64,000 nucleotides of DNA from Monocercomonoides exilis PA203. Its lineage: Eukaryota; Protista; Preaxostyla. Of this stretch, positions 1-12,900 are shown piece by piece. The notes below the pieces were generated by a model, which worked only from the letters and a program-made list of their open reading frames with translations, searched no databases and was not told the DNA's origin. The stretch lies in contig LSRY02000039.1 in NCBI GenBank assembly GCA_001643675.2, positions 682,001 to 746,000 of the forward strand, written 5' to 3'. The translations under genes and the position numbers were made by a program. Each line of letters starts with the position of its first letter. The first letter of the stretch is position 1.

Positions 1-1168
1 AAGAGAAGGTGTAGGAAGCAAGTAAGATTGTTGAGAAGGTTGAGATGGCTGAGAAAGAAGAGCAGGAGAAGAGAGTTTTGGATTGGAAGAAGAAGAATAT
101 GGAATATAGGAGGAAGAGGAAGAGGAAGAGGAAGAAGAAAAGGGAGAAGGAGAAAAAGAAAAAGAAGAAGAAGAAGAAATTACATTAATATCATCCGTTG
201 ATGTCTTCTTTCTCTGTTCTTTTTGTATTTCCCACTGCTGATTTCTTTGAAATTTCTGTGTCAATTTATCGATTTCTATGTCTAATTGGTTTTGTTGGAT
301 AACATTTTCAGCACGGTTGAAAGGTGTTTGTGTGGAAGTGCTTTTGAGACTGTCATCAAGAAAAGGAGTGAAGTGAAGAGATTGGGGGAGTGAAGAAGAA
401 GAAGATATAGAAGAAGAAGAAGAAGATAAAAATAAAGAAGAAGAAGATGATGATGTCTGTGTCAATTCTTGTGGTATAAGAGAAGAATAGCTCTGATGCT
501 GTATTTGGTTACTGGGAGAAGGTCGAGTTTGGTTGAGTGTGAGCATTTGGCTGCTGGGTTGAAGGTGATTCTGTGAATTAGAGAAAGAAGAGAAAGAATC
601 AGATTGAGAAAGAGGTTGTGGATAGGAAGAATGCGTTTGGGATTGCATTGGCGATGGAGAAGATGATTGCTGCTGATGATGTGATGGCTTTGGTTGAGGT
701 TGAGGTTGTGGTTGAGGTTGAGGTTGGTATTGCATTTGTTCTTTTTGATGATCGTTGTGATGACGATTGTTATGACTACGATTACTATTCTGTTGAAGAA
801 GATGCATCTGTTGCTGAGGACTATGAGGTTCATGAGGAACATGTTGATCATGAGGATTATGAAGATCATAATGGTCATTATGATCTTCATAAAAATTAAG
901 GCCATAAAGTTGCTGTTGAATCTGTCGAACCAGTTGCAGTTGCTGTTGTTGCTGCGATTGTAGCTGCTGCTTCTGCTGCTGCTGATTCGGTCTGTTATGT
1001 TCTGTCACTTTGATAACAATGGAGCCAACTTCAAGCTTCTTTGCCTCAAGCAGCTTTCTTGCAGACTGGGAAAGGAGGAATTGAAGATTGGAAGAAAAAG
1101 TGTTAGTATTCAAGACATATATGAAATATTATTGAAAGTCAATTGGTATGAGAAGAAAATGAAGAAAT

Positions 1169-1209
<41 letters not shown>

Positions 1210-2368
1210 TGGAAAAAGAAAAGAAAAAACTTTATCAACATCGTCTTCTTCATCTTCTTATCTTCATTTTTATCCCCCACACCTTAATCCCCTTCGAGTT
1301 TGACTCAAAATGTATAAAACCAATCCCTCTGAATTTCTTCCCTTCCTCCATTGGCAGCTCCACCCTCACAACAGCCCCGTATTTTGATGCAGCCTTCATT
1401 ACAGCGTCTTCAAATTTCGAACTCGAAGAATTCACTTTCGTTCCATCGAAGCGGAGCATGACGCTCGACTTGAGGGTGACTGAATCTGCCCAGCCGATGG
1501 CGAGAGGCAAGGGCACTGGGGAGCGTAAGATCCAGGAGTTGGCTTCGTTGACCAAAAAGGAAAATGAATGGAATGTTCGATAGGGGGCAGGTAAGTTTTC
1601 GAAGAATTCTTTAGCTGCTTCAAGTGATGACAATGTTTTCTTTGCAACATAGGCATCAGCTCGCTTGGAGAAACAGACGTACACAGTATTATCATCACTC
1701 ACATCCACACTATCAACTTGACCAAAAAGACCAAACAAGTAACGAAGATGCTCTTCGCTCGTTCCTGACGGAACACCAGAAACTATAAGATTTGAATTTC
1801 TTTTGGCATGACGAACTTTTATTGGACGTGAATCGAGTGGCTAGACATATAATTAATAACAGAAATTAAAAAAAAAAAAAGTTAAAGAAAAAGGAACTTA
1901 ATTAAGGATGACACACATAACCATCGAATTTCAAAATCGCTTTATTTGGAGCTTCAAAATCTTCAAAATAAACAAAGCCATATCCCAAACTTTTCCTCTC
2001 TTTGCTCTCTTTGCTCTCTTTGCTCTCTTTGCTCTCTTTGCTCTCTTTGCTCGTCTTAATGGTTACTTTTTTAATTGGTCCGCACTGTTTAAAAAGAGCT
2101 TTCAGTATTTCTTCAGATACTTTATCTGAAATATTTCCAACGAAAATTCCTTCTAATATTTACGATAATAAAACATCAAAACAATAAGCATTTTCAAAAA
2201 ATATAAAAGTGGGTTAATTTTAGGATTTGAAAGTGACAAATCAATCAAACTTCCTTCATTTTGTTCTATCGTAAAAATTATTGTTTGAAACAATAAATTA
2301 AACCAAAAGTTGTCCAAACCTTCATCATCATTCTGGATATCCTGAGTAAGTTCTTGAATTTTTTGCAT
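1..2368 (-). CDS. Multi-RRM RNA-binding protein with Q/H/S-rich low-complexity C-terminus (spliced; 3' end outside window; start and exon limits approximate)
   Basis: Minus-strand translation gives RRM1 (GIFVGNISDKVSEEILKALFKQCGPIKKVTI...SLGYGFVYFEDFEAPNKAILKFDG, ~1915-2150), RRM2 (NLIVSGVPSGTSEEHLRYLFGLFGQVDSVDV...VYVCFS) and RRM3 (KYGAVVRVELPMEEGKKFRGIGFIHFE), separated by AT-rich intron-like stretches; a poly-Q/S tail lies at 1-1045. Confidence 0.85.
1996..2052. repeat. 9-bp tandem repeat (TTTGCTCTC)x~6, encoding (SKE)n inside RRM1
   Basis: Directly visible; in frame just before RNP1 of the first RRM. Confidence 0.9.
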
Positions 2369-3215
2369 ATTAATTTGATCCAATTCTTCTGTTGATATCA
2401 AAAATGCGAATTGAATATTTTCTCATGAAAAACAGCAATAATAAATGCGTTGGCTCAAAGTTTCTGCTAAACAATTTCATAAAGTTTATTTTGAATATAA
2501 AAGCATTACCGTATTTACTTTCTCAAAGCAAATAGTCGTGTTCTTTTTTTGTTGTTTTTTTGAGAAAACTAATTATATTTTTCTCGAATGGAAGTATGGT
2601 TAATGAACGAATCAATTAGAATAGCTTATTCAATTGCATGAAATCAAGTATCAGAACCATAAAACATCTAAAAATTTGAGTTCTGCATTTTGCCTACATT
2701 CAGTTTTTTTTTTTTTTTTTTTTTTTTAAACACAAAAAGAAATTCAATTTCGTTCGAAATAATTCAAATTCGAAATTTACAATTCGATTACGAAATAACA
2801 TTGTATCTGAATTTTCAAGCTTTTCTTGTTTGTTGATTTCAGATAATATCAAGTTTTCACATTACAAATGGGACAATATTTTGAGCTCAATGGTTTTTGT
2901 TCCACATTTCGTTAACAAATGGGTTTTATTTTTTTGAAATCATGTTTATTTATTCTAAAATTTCGGAACAAAATTATTTCTTAAATGGGAGAAAATTTTT
3001 GAAAAATCACCACAGATCAAAAAAAATACCATTATAATATTATTCAAAATGATTTCTTCCATTAAAATACTTGAAGTTCCATTTTTCGATTGATATATTT
3101 TCATTTGAACCCACCATGATTATGTTTGGAACCCTGTATTGAAATGAAATTTTTATTACATTTTTGATCAAAATAAATTCTGTTTTTATTGAAACAAACG
3201 AATGCAAGAAGATAT

Positions 3216-3469
3216 GTGTGATTATTTTTGAAATCATAACATTTTTCGGGATGTCTATTTTTCAAAAATTGTTTGTCAAAATGAAGAGAATTTGTTCTCA
3301 AATGCAAAATTCATCAAACATGTTGCAAAATCCAATGTCTAAGCTGAAATTAGATGAAGATGTTACAAACCGGCCTTATTCGTTTTCGGTGTTCATTTGT
3401 TGATATTAATGTGAAATATTCAAACCGAAAAATCTGAAAGAAAAAATATGATTTCAAAAATAATCACCC
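3216..3469 (+). mobile_element. MITE family A (254 bp)
   Basis: TIR G(T/G)GTGATTATTTTTGAAATCATA; TSD ATAT at 3212-3215 and 3470-3473; similar copy at 9064-9319. Confidence 0.8.
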
Positions 3470-3766
3470 ATATTAATTTTTGAAGAAAACCTGTTCATAG
3501 AATTTTCAAAGGACAGAGTGCTTTTCCAAAGAACGACAATTAAAGTGTGTTTCTATTGATTTAAATTACTTATTTTATGCATTTTGCGTGTTCCAGATGA
3601 ATTGTTTAATATAATGTGTGAACGTTTGTCTTCACTTTTGATGCTAAGTGCAACCAAATCAATGCTTATGAAAAATTCTTGTATATCCCACAACAAAACC
3701 GCATATACAATTCATTTTCAAAGTATGTTTATCTGCCAACAAACACGTGTTTTATCCTCTAAAAGC

Positions 3767-5480
3767 ATGATTGCTCTTCTGACCTTGTATTTTCTTCTCA
3801 TAATTCAAATTCAAACGTTTAAAAAGTATCCATCGTTACAGATCTGACTGTTTCATCATCATTCAATTTTCTGTTGACTGGAAAGAGCAAAAGTGAACAA
3901 ATTTTTGACTGTGCTTTCAGGAATATTTCTGTAAAACAAGTAAAGAACAGTTATTACCAAATGGAGCATTTGTGCTTGTTAAGTTCAATCGAAAATTGCG
4001 TCATTTATTCGTGTGTGAATGCCTTTGAAGGAGAGGCCTCGAGCAGATCTTATTCTATGCTAGAATTTGCCTACAAAAACACAACAACATTCTTTGGGAA
4101 AAGAGAAACAAATGCACTTTATAGAAAAGAACATACGGATGCAACAGAGAGTCAATCCTTTTCATTGTGTGAATGGGAAGATTGCACAGCCGAACAAGGA
4201 GGTGCTCATTATGTTCATGACAATGAAAAAACAATTTTTACTGGGGAAAATTCTTCATTCACAAGATGCAATGCTTCATCCGCAAGGTGAAGAGGGATTT
4301 TCTCTTTGAAAATTGCTGAATGCATTGTGTTTCATTCAACATTTGTCCAGTGCTTTGCAGCAGGAACAACAAATTATAGTGGAGGAGGAATTCAATTCGA
4401 ACATGTTAATGTACAATCAATGGTTGATGAGTGCTCCTTTTATAACTTCTCTGCTGCGAATGATGGAGGAGGAATTGGTTTTTTTCAAGAAACTGCTCTA
4501 AAACAAAAAGATTGCGTTATAAACTCATTCTTCAAATCATGTCGAGCGTCAAAATTTTCAACTTCTAACGATGGCGTTGTTATAAATTGGGATGGCACAA
4601 TTCAAATTATTTTCTCAAATTGTCTCTTCAGCAATTTCTTTTCCAAGTGTGGAGCAGGTGCAATGTGCCAATATGTGGATGCAAATAATAATGGAATTTT
4701 GTTTTATTACTGTTTTTTCCACAATAACACATGCAAGATGTGAGGCAACGATATGTTGCTTCATGGTTCAACATCTTATAATATTCATTTAAGTTGCTAT
4801 TCTACAAGGAAATCAACAAACAGAATTTGTTCAAGTTACAGTTCACTTGTTGATCGTAGCGATTGGCTTCGAAACGATTTCGGAGTGATCAGATTTGTTT
4901 CTTCAACCACAATAAAACCCAATGCCAAAGACACATTTGCCTGTGGACTGGATGAAAGTCATCCATGCCGCGTGATCAGCCGTTGCATCACACAACTCAT
5001 TCCAGACTTAGTTCCCAAAGTCGAAGTCTTTTCAGGAACGATTACAGAGACGAAAAATGTGAATTGTGGAACAAACGCTTTCACAATATATGGCCAAAGT
5101 GATATGAGCATAGAAACACAAATAGTATTTGAAGAATCCTGCTTATCTCTATTTTCGTTTTCTACAGGCTTATTGACTGTCAGCGATCTTATTCTTTTGT
5201 GCGACTCACCAAATGCTTATATTCAAAGAGAAAAACTATTTGAAATAACTGGAACAGGAGAGATGAGGATAAGTGCGCCAAACATATCTTTTGGAAGTGG
5301 ATACTTGGCACAAACAGCATTCACCACAGAGCTGATAAATATTCACGGTGGTATCTTTCAGATGAATAACGTGAACTGGGCACAGACTATCTCTTCAACT
5401 TTGTTGTTTTCGCTTTCTTCAGTAAATGGAATTTCATTGACACTTTCTGAGTGTTCCTTTGAGGGGATTGAAAGAACAGC
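3767..5480 (+). pseudogene. Cys-rich beta-helix-like (GGG/GGAI-repeat) surface protein family pseudogene, 3'-truncated
   Basis: Signal-peptide-like MIALLTLYFLLII; ORFs 3874-4290, 4306-4743 and 4753-5523 are in one frame, broken by two TGA stops; motifs FSLCEWEDC, YSGGGIQF, NDGGGIGF, FYYCFFHNN and CGLDESHPC are shared in pattern with 26560-27980. Confidence 0.75.
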
Positions 5481-5529
5481 TATGAATTATTTAATAGTTA
5501 TTGAAATAGAAAGAAAAAGATAAATTTAC

Positions 5530-7600
5530 AGAATCAGAAAATGAAGTTTTAGAATGTGAAGCGGCTGGTCCAGGGCAGCGCAGAAGGAAATTGTTTCGAT
5601 AGAAACCTCAATTCCTTCAAACAGTAAATACAAAACTCATTGGAACGCAGGCAAAGACACTGAAGAAGAAACACAAAATTCCACTGCATTCATCCACAGA
5701 GAATCCTCCTCATCCACAACACACAATGCTAAACTGAAAACATTCCAATAGTCTTTTTCCAGTTGCGTGACCTCATCAATTTCTGCATAATTTTATATTG
5801 CCTCTGCCAACATGCGTGTTCAAAAATGCATTAATTCCACATCTGACTTCAAACATCCTTTCCATATTCTCAATAATTTTCGCTCCATGTTTTCTTCTCA
5901 CAACCATCTTCCAGGATCGTATTGGTTTCCATTTGATTTTTCTCTTTCAGATGAATAATTCGCCTTCTGATGAGGGGAAAAATATGAAGGAATCGCAAAC
6001 TATTCCTCCTCCTTCCTCTTCCTCTTCTTTCTCCTTCAGCACTGCAAGCTCCATCAGCTTCCGCACCATTTGCAGCAGCTCTAACCGCTCTAAATTCTTT
6101 GCCACAACCAATTGCATTGCCTCCACCAGCCGTTTCAACCAGACTTCAACCCTTGCATCCGCCTACGCCTACGAAAGCACAGGCATCCTGTAATCCAGCT
6201 CCGGTTCAGCAGCGCAAAGATATGACTCACCTTCTTCACAACCGCTCTGTTCTTTGACGCCGTCAGAAGAGCTCACAGGTCAACAACATCGCACACATTT
6301 GGCAACTGCAGGCACAACGCGAAGAAGTCAATACAATGGTGCACCTCATGAACAGATTCAAATGATGGTAACGGCACACAAACAACTGAAACGCTTCCCG
6401 AAAGATCAGAAGCAACAGCTCTGGCAATATCTGCAGATGAAACAAACAGAAGAGACTCCATTTCATCTTGTGCGAATCCTATTCTAGCTGTCTTTGAAGA
6501 AAAAGAAGAAGAAGAACTTGATACATCACCACAACATATGGGATTCAACGGAGCCTTCTTCGTCTTTTTCGCATTTCTTTCTCTGCCTTGAAGTAATTCA
6601 GCAAAAACATCAGAAATAAGGATGCTTTCGATTTCATCTTATCCGACTGTAATTCCTCAAACTTTCCGAAATTCATCTTTTTCTTCTTTTCCTTTTCAAT
6701 CCCCACATTTATCAGCTACGCCTTCATCTTTGTCTTCGCCAGCACCTCCTGAGGCTCCTTTGCCTCCTTCACCTCTGAGTTGTGCTTCTTGCTCAGCTCC
6801 AGAATCTTACTCTGATTCATCCGAATGATCTCGTCCTTCTCCTGTAGCTGCTCCGTCAGCGCGCTCAATAACTTCGATATACACATGTCTTCCCAGATCA
6901 TTCATAACAGCAAATTGAAATATATACACCTCTTCAACATCTCACGTTTCGCCTCCTCATGCTTTTCATCTTCATTCCACAGCTTCTTATTGATCCCCCA
7001 GCAATTGTGGAGCAATCGCTGCTGACGATAGAACTTCTTCCTCCATCCTCTTTCCTCAGCCCTGTTGACACAAACCTTTTCTCCACAATCTTCCTCTCTA
7101 TGCACGCTGCAATACCTCACCGCATCACTTCATCGAACAGCTTCACTGCCGCACGCCTCAACCTTGGAGATTGTAAAAACAGTAGAGCTATCACCGACTG
7201 TAGCAGCAACAGGTCAAGCAGATCGTTGATCAACGTGTACGCATTTTCATCTTCCTCAGAAAAGAGCCGCTTGCGCATCGACTTTGGAATCACCAAAGCT
7301 ACAAGAGAATTAAGAAGCTGAAACATTGCACAGATAGCATCACCAAAAGCGCCACATCGTTGGCACGCACAACGCTCCCGTGCAGCAACGCACGCCGCGC
7401 CACAGCATAACCCATGAAGCACACAAGGAGATAGAGGAGACAGAATCAGCGTTTGCTACAGCTGCATAAGCTGTTGCTGTGGCATGTTCCGCTCAAACAC
7501 CACCCTTCTCTCCATATAATCCATTGCTACCTCCGACAGGTTTTGTGCAACCACAGACGATATATTAAACGAGTCAATAACATGCACCAATCATAATGAA
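5530..7600 (-). pseudogene. Degenerate copy of an unknown multicopy coiled-coil gene family ('family X')
   Basis: Fragments EQLQEKDEIIRMNQSKILELSKKHNSEVKE, SLVALVIPKSMRKRLF...LQSPRLRRAAVKLFDEVM and ICCGDVSS..DEMESLLF..VVCVPLPSFESV have diverged homologues at 11600-12560, 15226-15350 and 40270-40760; many stops and frameshifts. Confidence 0.6.
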
Positions 7601-8526
7601 TACTAACTTCTTTTTCCTTTCTTAGGATATCGAAAATGGAAGAATGCAAAAATTATTTGCGTGCTGCTCCAATTAAAGATAACGATGAAAGTTAATACAT
7701 TCTAAGCAAGTTGCAGTTTTATATATGATAACAGTTTAAAATACACTTCGTATTCATTATCATTCTTATGTTGTCGCATTTTCAAAGATAAATAAGAACT
7801 CAACATGTCGATCATTAATTGTGAAATTTTTTGAATGAATATACAACAATCAAATTGCTTTTAAGTCATTATACAAACAAGTTTTTAACTATTTATTTTT
7901 GTGCACTTTTTGTTTCATTGAAAGCGTAAATATTGAAAAATAGAAAAAAAAACTATTTCAAAAACAAATATATGAAGCTAACATATAATCTATTCATTTG
8001 CTCAATGAAGTTACATTGATAAATATTGTTGATATTCAAATAAAAGATAAGTAAAAATCATTGCATTGAAAAAGACAAATAAAAAAACTTGAAATTAACG
8101 TGTTTCAGTTAAACAACAATAATAAACGATAAAATTCTTTAAGTATTGTGTACGTCAGTTTGTGCCAACAGAGAATATTATTTATAATAAAACATCAAAC
8201 TCTTCTATAAAGAAAAAAAGAGTTCATTAATTATTTATTAAATTATTACTGTTAACAAATATGTGTTTCTGATTTTTTGTGGGACAGATCAGGCTAAAAA
8301 AATGTGATTTTTCAAAAATTTTCACCCAAATATCAATTAAATAATAAATCGAAAAGTGATAAGGTTTAATAAAAACATTTTATTATTTTATAATACTAAA
8401 ACGTTTGCTTATAAAAACAATTATTATGCTTTTTCTCTTTTGTATTAAAATTTTCTTTCAAACAATCAACAATCTTTGAGAAATCAACACCCCCAAAAAA
8501 ATAGTTGATTTCAAAAATAATCACTT

Positions 8527-8930
8527 GGGACAAAATATTTTACTTCAGGCATTTTCATTAAAAAAATATGCACTTTTCATTGTCTTTTTGAGATAAAAAA
8601 ATTCTATAAAAATGAGTCCATTTTTTGGTATTCGTGAAATATTGGAAAACTTTATGTTTCTATTTCAACGATGTGTGTTTAAGGATATGAAAATCAAATC
8701 TTTTTTGAAATTTGAGAAAGTCAAATAAAATTATGAGTGAAGCAATATTTTTGTGTTTTGTGCAAAAAAAGCTTGAAAGTCCGTATTTTCTCCCACTTAA
8801 ATATAATTCTCATTTTAGTAATGATAATGTATTTTTAAGCATTGAAATGGAAGATTGATGATAATTGATGCGAAAAAATAGTTTCGAACAAATCTCATTA
8901 TTTTTATCAAATTGATAAAAATTTTGCCCC
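8527..8930 (+). mobile_element. MITE family B (~400 bp, GGG(G/A)CAAAAT ends)
   Basis: Starts GGGACAAAATATTT and ends AAAATTTTGCCCC followed by AAAT; the first ~265 bp are clearly similar to 45171-45437. Confidence 0.65.
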
Positions 8931-9063
8931 AAATGGGGCCAATTTCTTGCATTTATGAAAAAATCAAAGATTTGCACCGGACTATTTCTGCTATCGAATA
9001 AATGCAATTTTGACATTCAAGTCCACAATAACATAAAGAAATATTCTAAGATGAGAAACATAT

Positions 9064-9319
9064 GTGTGATGATTTTTGAAATCATAACTTTTTTCGGGGT
9101 GTTGATTTTTCAAAGGTTGTTTGTCACTGAATAAAGATTTCAGATATTGATAAAAAAATTAATAAAAACAATTTTTATAACAAATGTTGAGGCTGAAATG
9201 AAGATGATGATGTCATTTGTTTGTGTTTTCATTTTTCAGCAGCCTTTTTTTAATGTTCAAGTGAAATTTTTGAACCGAAAATTTTGAAAGAATAAATATG
9301 CTTTCAAAAATAATCATCC
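9064..9319 (+). mobile_element. MITE family A (256 bp)
   Basis: Same termini as 3216-3469; TSD ATAT at 9060-9063 and 9320-9323. Confidence 0.8.
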
Positions 9320-9754
9320 ATATTTTAATGTTAAATGTGGAATAAAATCCTTAAGGCAAAAATATTTCAACCAAAATCACAAATTATCACTCAAAAAAAA
9401 TGGTTTCTGTGATAAAATTTTTTTCTATTGTTTTTTTAAAGTTTATTGTGATATCAAAAGTAATCTCTGAATATGAAAAATATTTTGGAATAACAAAAAC
9501 TGGTGTTTTGTGAAATTTTTTTTTTTTGAAAAGTGTGAGAGAAATGGAATGTCAGCTATAAATCCATCTCGATTGGGTCAATCAATATTATCTATTAAAT
9601 GCATATTTGATGGTTGTTGTCATTTTGTATAATAAGTTGGCTTTTTATGTCATCGTATTATTTCAAATCCATCATTCTCATCCATAGAAACAAAAAAATA
9701 TTAAAAAATCAGTAAAATTATTGAAAGTGAAGAATAGAACAAAACTCATTAACC

Positions 9755-9853
9755 ATTAAAGTTCAGAGAACCTTTATTCTCCAGAACAAACGAAAACAAC
9801 AACACCTCTTGTTATGAGAGTGAAGCCTGTATTAAGGGCTCAGTCGCTTATCA
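9755..9853 (+). repeat. DIRS left terminus / left ITR
   Basis: GAACAAAC..AACACCTCTTGTTATG..CCTGTATTAAGGGCTCAGTCGCTTATCA is the inverted repeat of 45980-46049; 9755-9816 is complementary to 45701-45763. Confidence 0.85.
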
Positions 9854-9935
9854 GATCATAATTATTGAAAACACTGCAACAGATCCTGCATCGGGACTGG
9901 GAAGTATTTTTACACTCAGCGGATCAATAGGCAGA

Positions 9936-10240
9936 GTGGAATTAGCTCAGACCACCTCCTCAGGCAGTGTCCCACCTCTGCAACCAGAACAATATTCATT
10001 AGGAGATACCTCTTCCGCTTCATCCCCGAATGGAAAGGATAGTTTTGAGACATCATGCAGAGAATTATTTGGGTTAGAAATCTTAGAATCCATTTTTGAT
10101 CTGATTATCGACTTTCAAGATACAGCTGACTCAGTTTCTTTTTTTGAATTAATATCCTTCCCCCCATTCATCCCATCCAAGGTTCACGAGTTTGCAAGAT
10201 CATCCAACTGTGACAAAATTGCACAAAATTCAAACAACTT
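9936..10240 (+). pseudogene. DIRS gag-like ORF, 5' part
   Basis: ORF directly after the left ITR; ...AQNSNN|L continues in frame at 23661 once the 10241-23656 element and one ACTT copy are removed. Confidence 0.65.
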
Positions 10241-11329
10241 GGGTGATTTTTTTTGATATCATAAAAAATTCCGAAGTTTGATCATAAAAAATTTTCATTA
10301 AGGGTTGGATTAATTAGAAAAACGAAAGTGATGATCATGCAAATATATTGATTAATAAATAATTATTATTAATTGCTTATTGATGTTTATTTGAAATACA
10401 TAGTTTTTTTTTCATATTTTGAGAAATTGATATTATTTCTTCAAAAAATTTTCGATAATATGATAAACAGAACAAAACATAAGTTATCTTGTTTGAAAAG
10501 CATGAAAACAATAATTAATAACACTCAACCAATCAATATGGGTATTTTTTTTTGAAAAGTCACAAAATATTAATTGATCTGAAAATCAGATCACGAGTGA
10601 TCAAAAATGTTGATCATTCCGTTACCATCATTTATTGCTGAGTATTATTCAATTGAGTTTTGTCACACTTATCCCCTAATATTACGTTTTTATAAAACAG
10701 ATTTCAAATACACATTTAACTATTGAATCACTTTTATGATTTAAATTTTTTTTTTCTTGTTTTTTGAAGTTACAGAAAAATTTGTTTATATTTCTTTGTT
10801 TTCATTTCAACTGTTCAAGTCTACGTTTTGATTTTGCGAATCGAGACTTCTTTTTCAGTATTTTCCTATATTGAAAGATAAATAGATTTTAACTTGCTTT
10901 AATTTGAATATTTTATCAGAAATTATTAAAAAAGAACATTTCATCGATACTGTCCTCATTGAATTGAAAGAAATTCAAAAAGTTGTTAATACAGAGCAGT
11001 TATTAATGTTATTGTAAAAAATTGAAGTTAGATATGTTAATTTTCAAAATAAATCACCATTTATAACAAACTATAAAAAACAATCTTTTCTCTTATTTTG
11101 ATTCATACAGTTTGTATCATCAAATTTCTTTCACCTCAGAATGTGCCTTTTCCTTCTCCCTTCCATTTTATATTGACAAATTATATAAAAATATCTTGCC
11201 ACTATCTTTTCAAATAGCATAAAATAAGTAGGTTTTTTCTGCTGGTCGACAATTCTGATGCAAATGTGAATGCTATCAGCTCTTCGGGTGGAACTTCTGG
11301 CTGACATTATAGGAAATGTCTCATCAAAC

Positions 11330-12900
11330 TTCTTGTTGCGCAGCCAGTTAAGCAGTCGTCTCATCGCTCAGCGCCTTCGTCTTCTTCAATTTCATAAATT
11401 GGATCAGCACTCCGATCAACTTCGCAATTCCGGAGGAGGAGAAGCACAGAGAAAAAAGCGGCAGGAGATGATCAGCCATCATCTTCGTCATCAGCACATT
11501 TGATTGACCCTTCGGATGCATCGGAGGTGGCGGCATCATACACGTCGGCAGCTGGGGTGTATGAAAATCACAAGAAGTCGTTGCTGAGAGAGCATCAGAC
11601 TCCTTGAGGGATATGCTGTTATGTGTCAGGCGGTGTTGCGTGGGGGTGTTGTGTGTGCGTACGATGTCGCGCTTTTGGAGATGCTTTCGGTTCCGCTGAT
11701 AGCGCTACTTCCATCGCTTGCAGCTTCGGTGAACACGAAGTCGGGGAGCAAGCGGATCTTTGCGGCAGCAGATGTGATTGCGTTCCCGTCGATCTACGAT
11801 CTGTTTGACCCGTCGTTGCTTCCGTCGGCGATAGCGCGTCTGGTGTCGCGATCGCCGCAGTTGAGGCGTGTGGAGATGAAGTTTGAAAACAAAGTAATAA
11901 ATGTGCAAAGTTGGAGAAATTGCGGAGAAGGAATTGGAGGAAGAGGGAGGATGAGAATGGAAGATGTGTTCTGTCACCTGCAGCGATTGAGCTAGCGGTG
12001 CTGGAGGAGCACGAAGAGGCGAGGAAGGAGAAAGGGGGACAAAGAGGGAGAAGAAAAGGGAGAAGACGATGGAGGGAGAGATGTGTTGAAGAATAAAATA
12101 AGCAAAAAGAGACCAAGATGTAGATGGAGAAGATGCATGCAGAGTTCTTCATGCTTCTGTATAAGATCCGAGACACGAGACTATTTCGAATCCGATGATG
12201 GAAACGCAGATGCAATAATGTTTCCAGTGTTTCAACTGAACAATTGAAGCGGAGGAGCAGCTTATCGGAAAAAGACGATGAAGATGGAATCTGATGTGAT
12301 ATGCTGGGGAGATCCATCGATTTCATCACAGAAACATTCTCATCATCATTTTGTGGGGCTTGTTGAAGCGATGCGAATGATGAAATGGAACCTTTTTTCT
12401 TTCTGAACTTTTAGCTGCCAATGCAGCCATAGCTGTAGCTGCGGATCTTTTTAGATGTATTCTAGTTGTCTGTGTTCCGTCTTCCATCATTTGATTCGGT
12501 GCTGGGGATGTGAGGCATCGTTACCACTTTCACACGATGCGCTTGAGCCAACCGGATGAATACAATGTGGCTGACTGGAAAGTGCTTCAGATGCAGTTTG
12601 ATTTCAGAGCGATTTGATTAGGCAAAGAGTTAAAGCTCGATGAAACGGTCTGAAAGAAATTTTCGAAGGAATCGTAGGTGAAGTCGTACAGGTAAAATTG
12701 AGGTTGGACTGAAGCTGAGAGTGAAGGTTTTGAGAAATAGGACGTGGAGAATAAAAGATGTGTTGTAGGCATTGTTTCGGATGAAGTGTATGCTGGCATA
12801 TCTGGTGGAGCTGTTAGGGCTGCAGATGAATTGAAATTAAGTGGAAGATGCGATATGATTTTGGCTGCCACTTGAGGACGGCAGCGCGCGATGCAATTCG
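11330..12900 (+). pseudogene. Family X degenerate copy (part 1)
   Basis: 11355-11550 is visibly similar at DNA level to 39936-40125; ORF 11621-11995 (LPSLAASVNTKSGSKRIF..SRSPQLRRVEMKFENKV) is homologous to 7117-7422 (-) and 40279-40551 (+). Confidence 0.6.

Larger units (their letters stand above)
2987..8327. mobile_element. 5.3-kb cargo-carrying non-autonomous TIR element (GGG..CCC ends, 4-bp TSD)
   Basis: TIR GGGAGAAAATTTTTGAAAAATCAC vs reverse complement of right end GGGTGAAAATTTTTGAAAAATCAC (23/24); TSD AAAT at 2983-2986 and 8328-8331; the flanks rejoin into a MITE. Confidence 0.8.
2921..8526 (-). mobile_element. ~260-bp MITE (family A, inverted copy) split by the 2987-8327 insertion
   Basis: 2921-2986 plus 8332-8525 together match the reverse complement of the MITEs at 3216-3469 and 9064-9319 (GGGTTTTATTTTTTTGAAATCAT ... 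GATTTCAAAAATAATCAC). The right terminus is damaged. Confidence 0.65.

Noticed and set aside
462-963. Short hydrophobic ORFs (462-905, 618-899, 694-963) as separate genes
   Set aside because: Alternative frames of the low-complexity 3' exon of the RRM gene.
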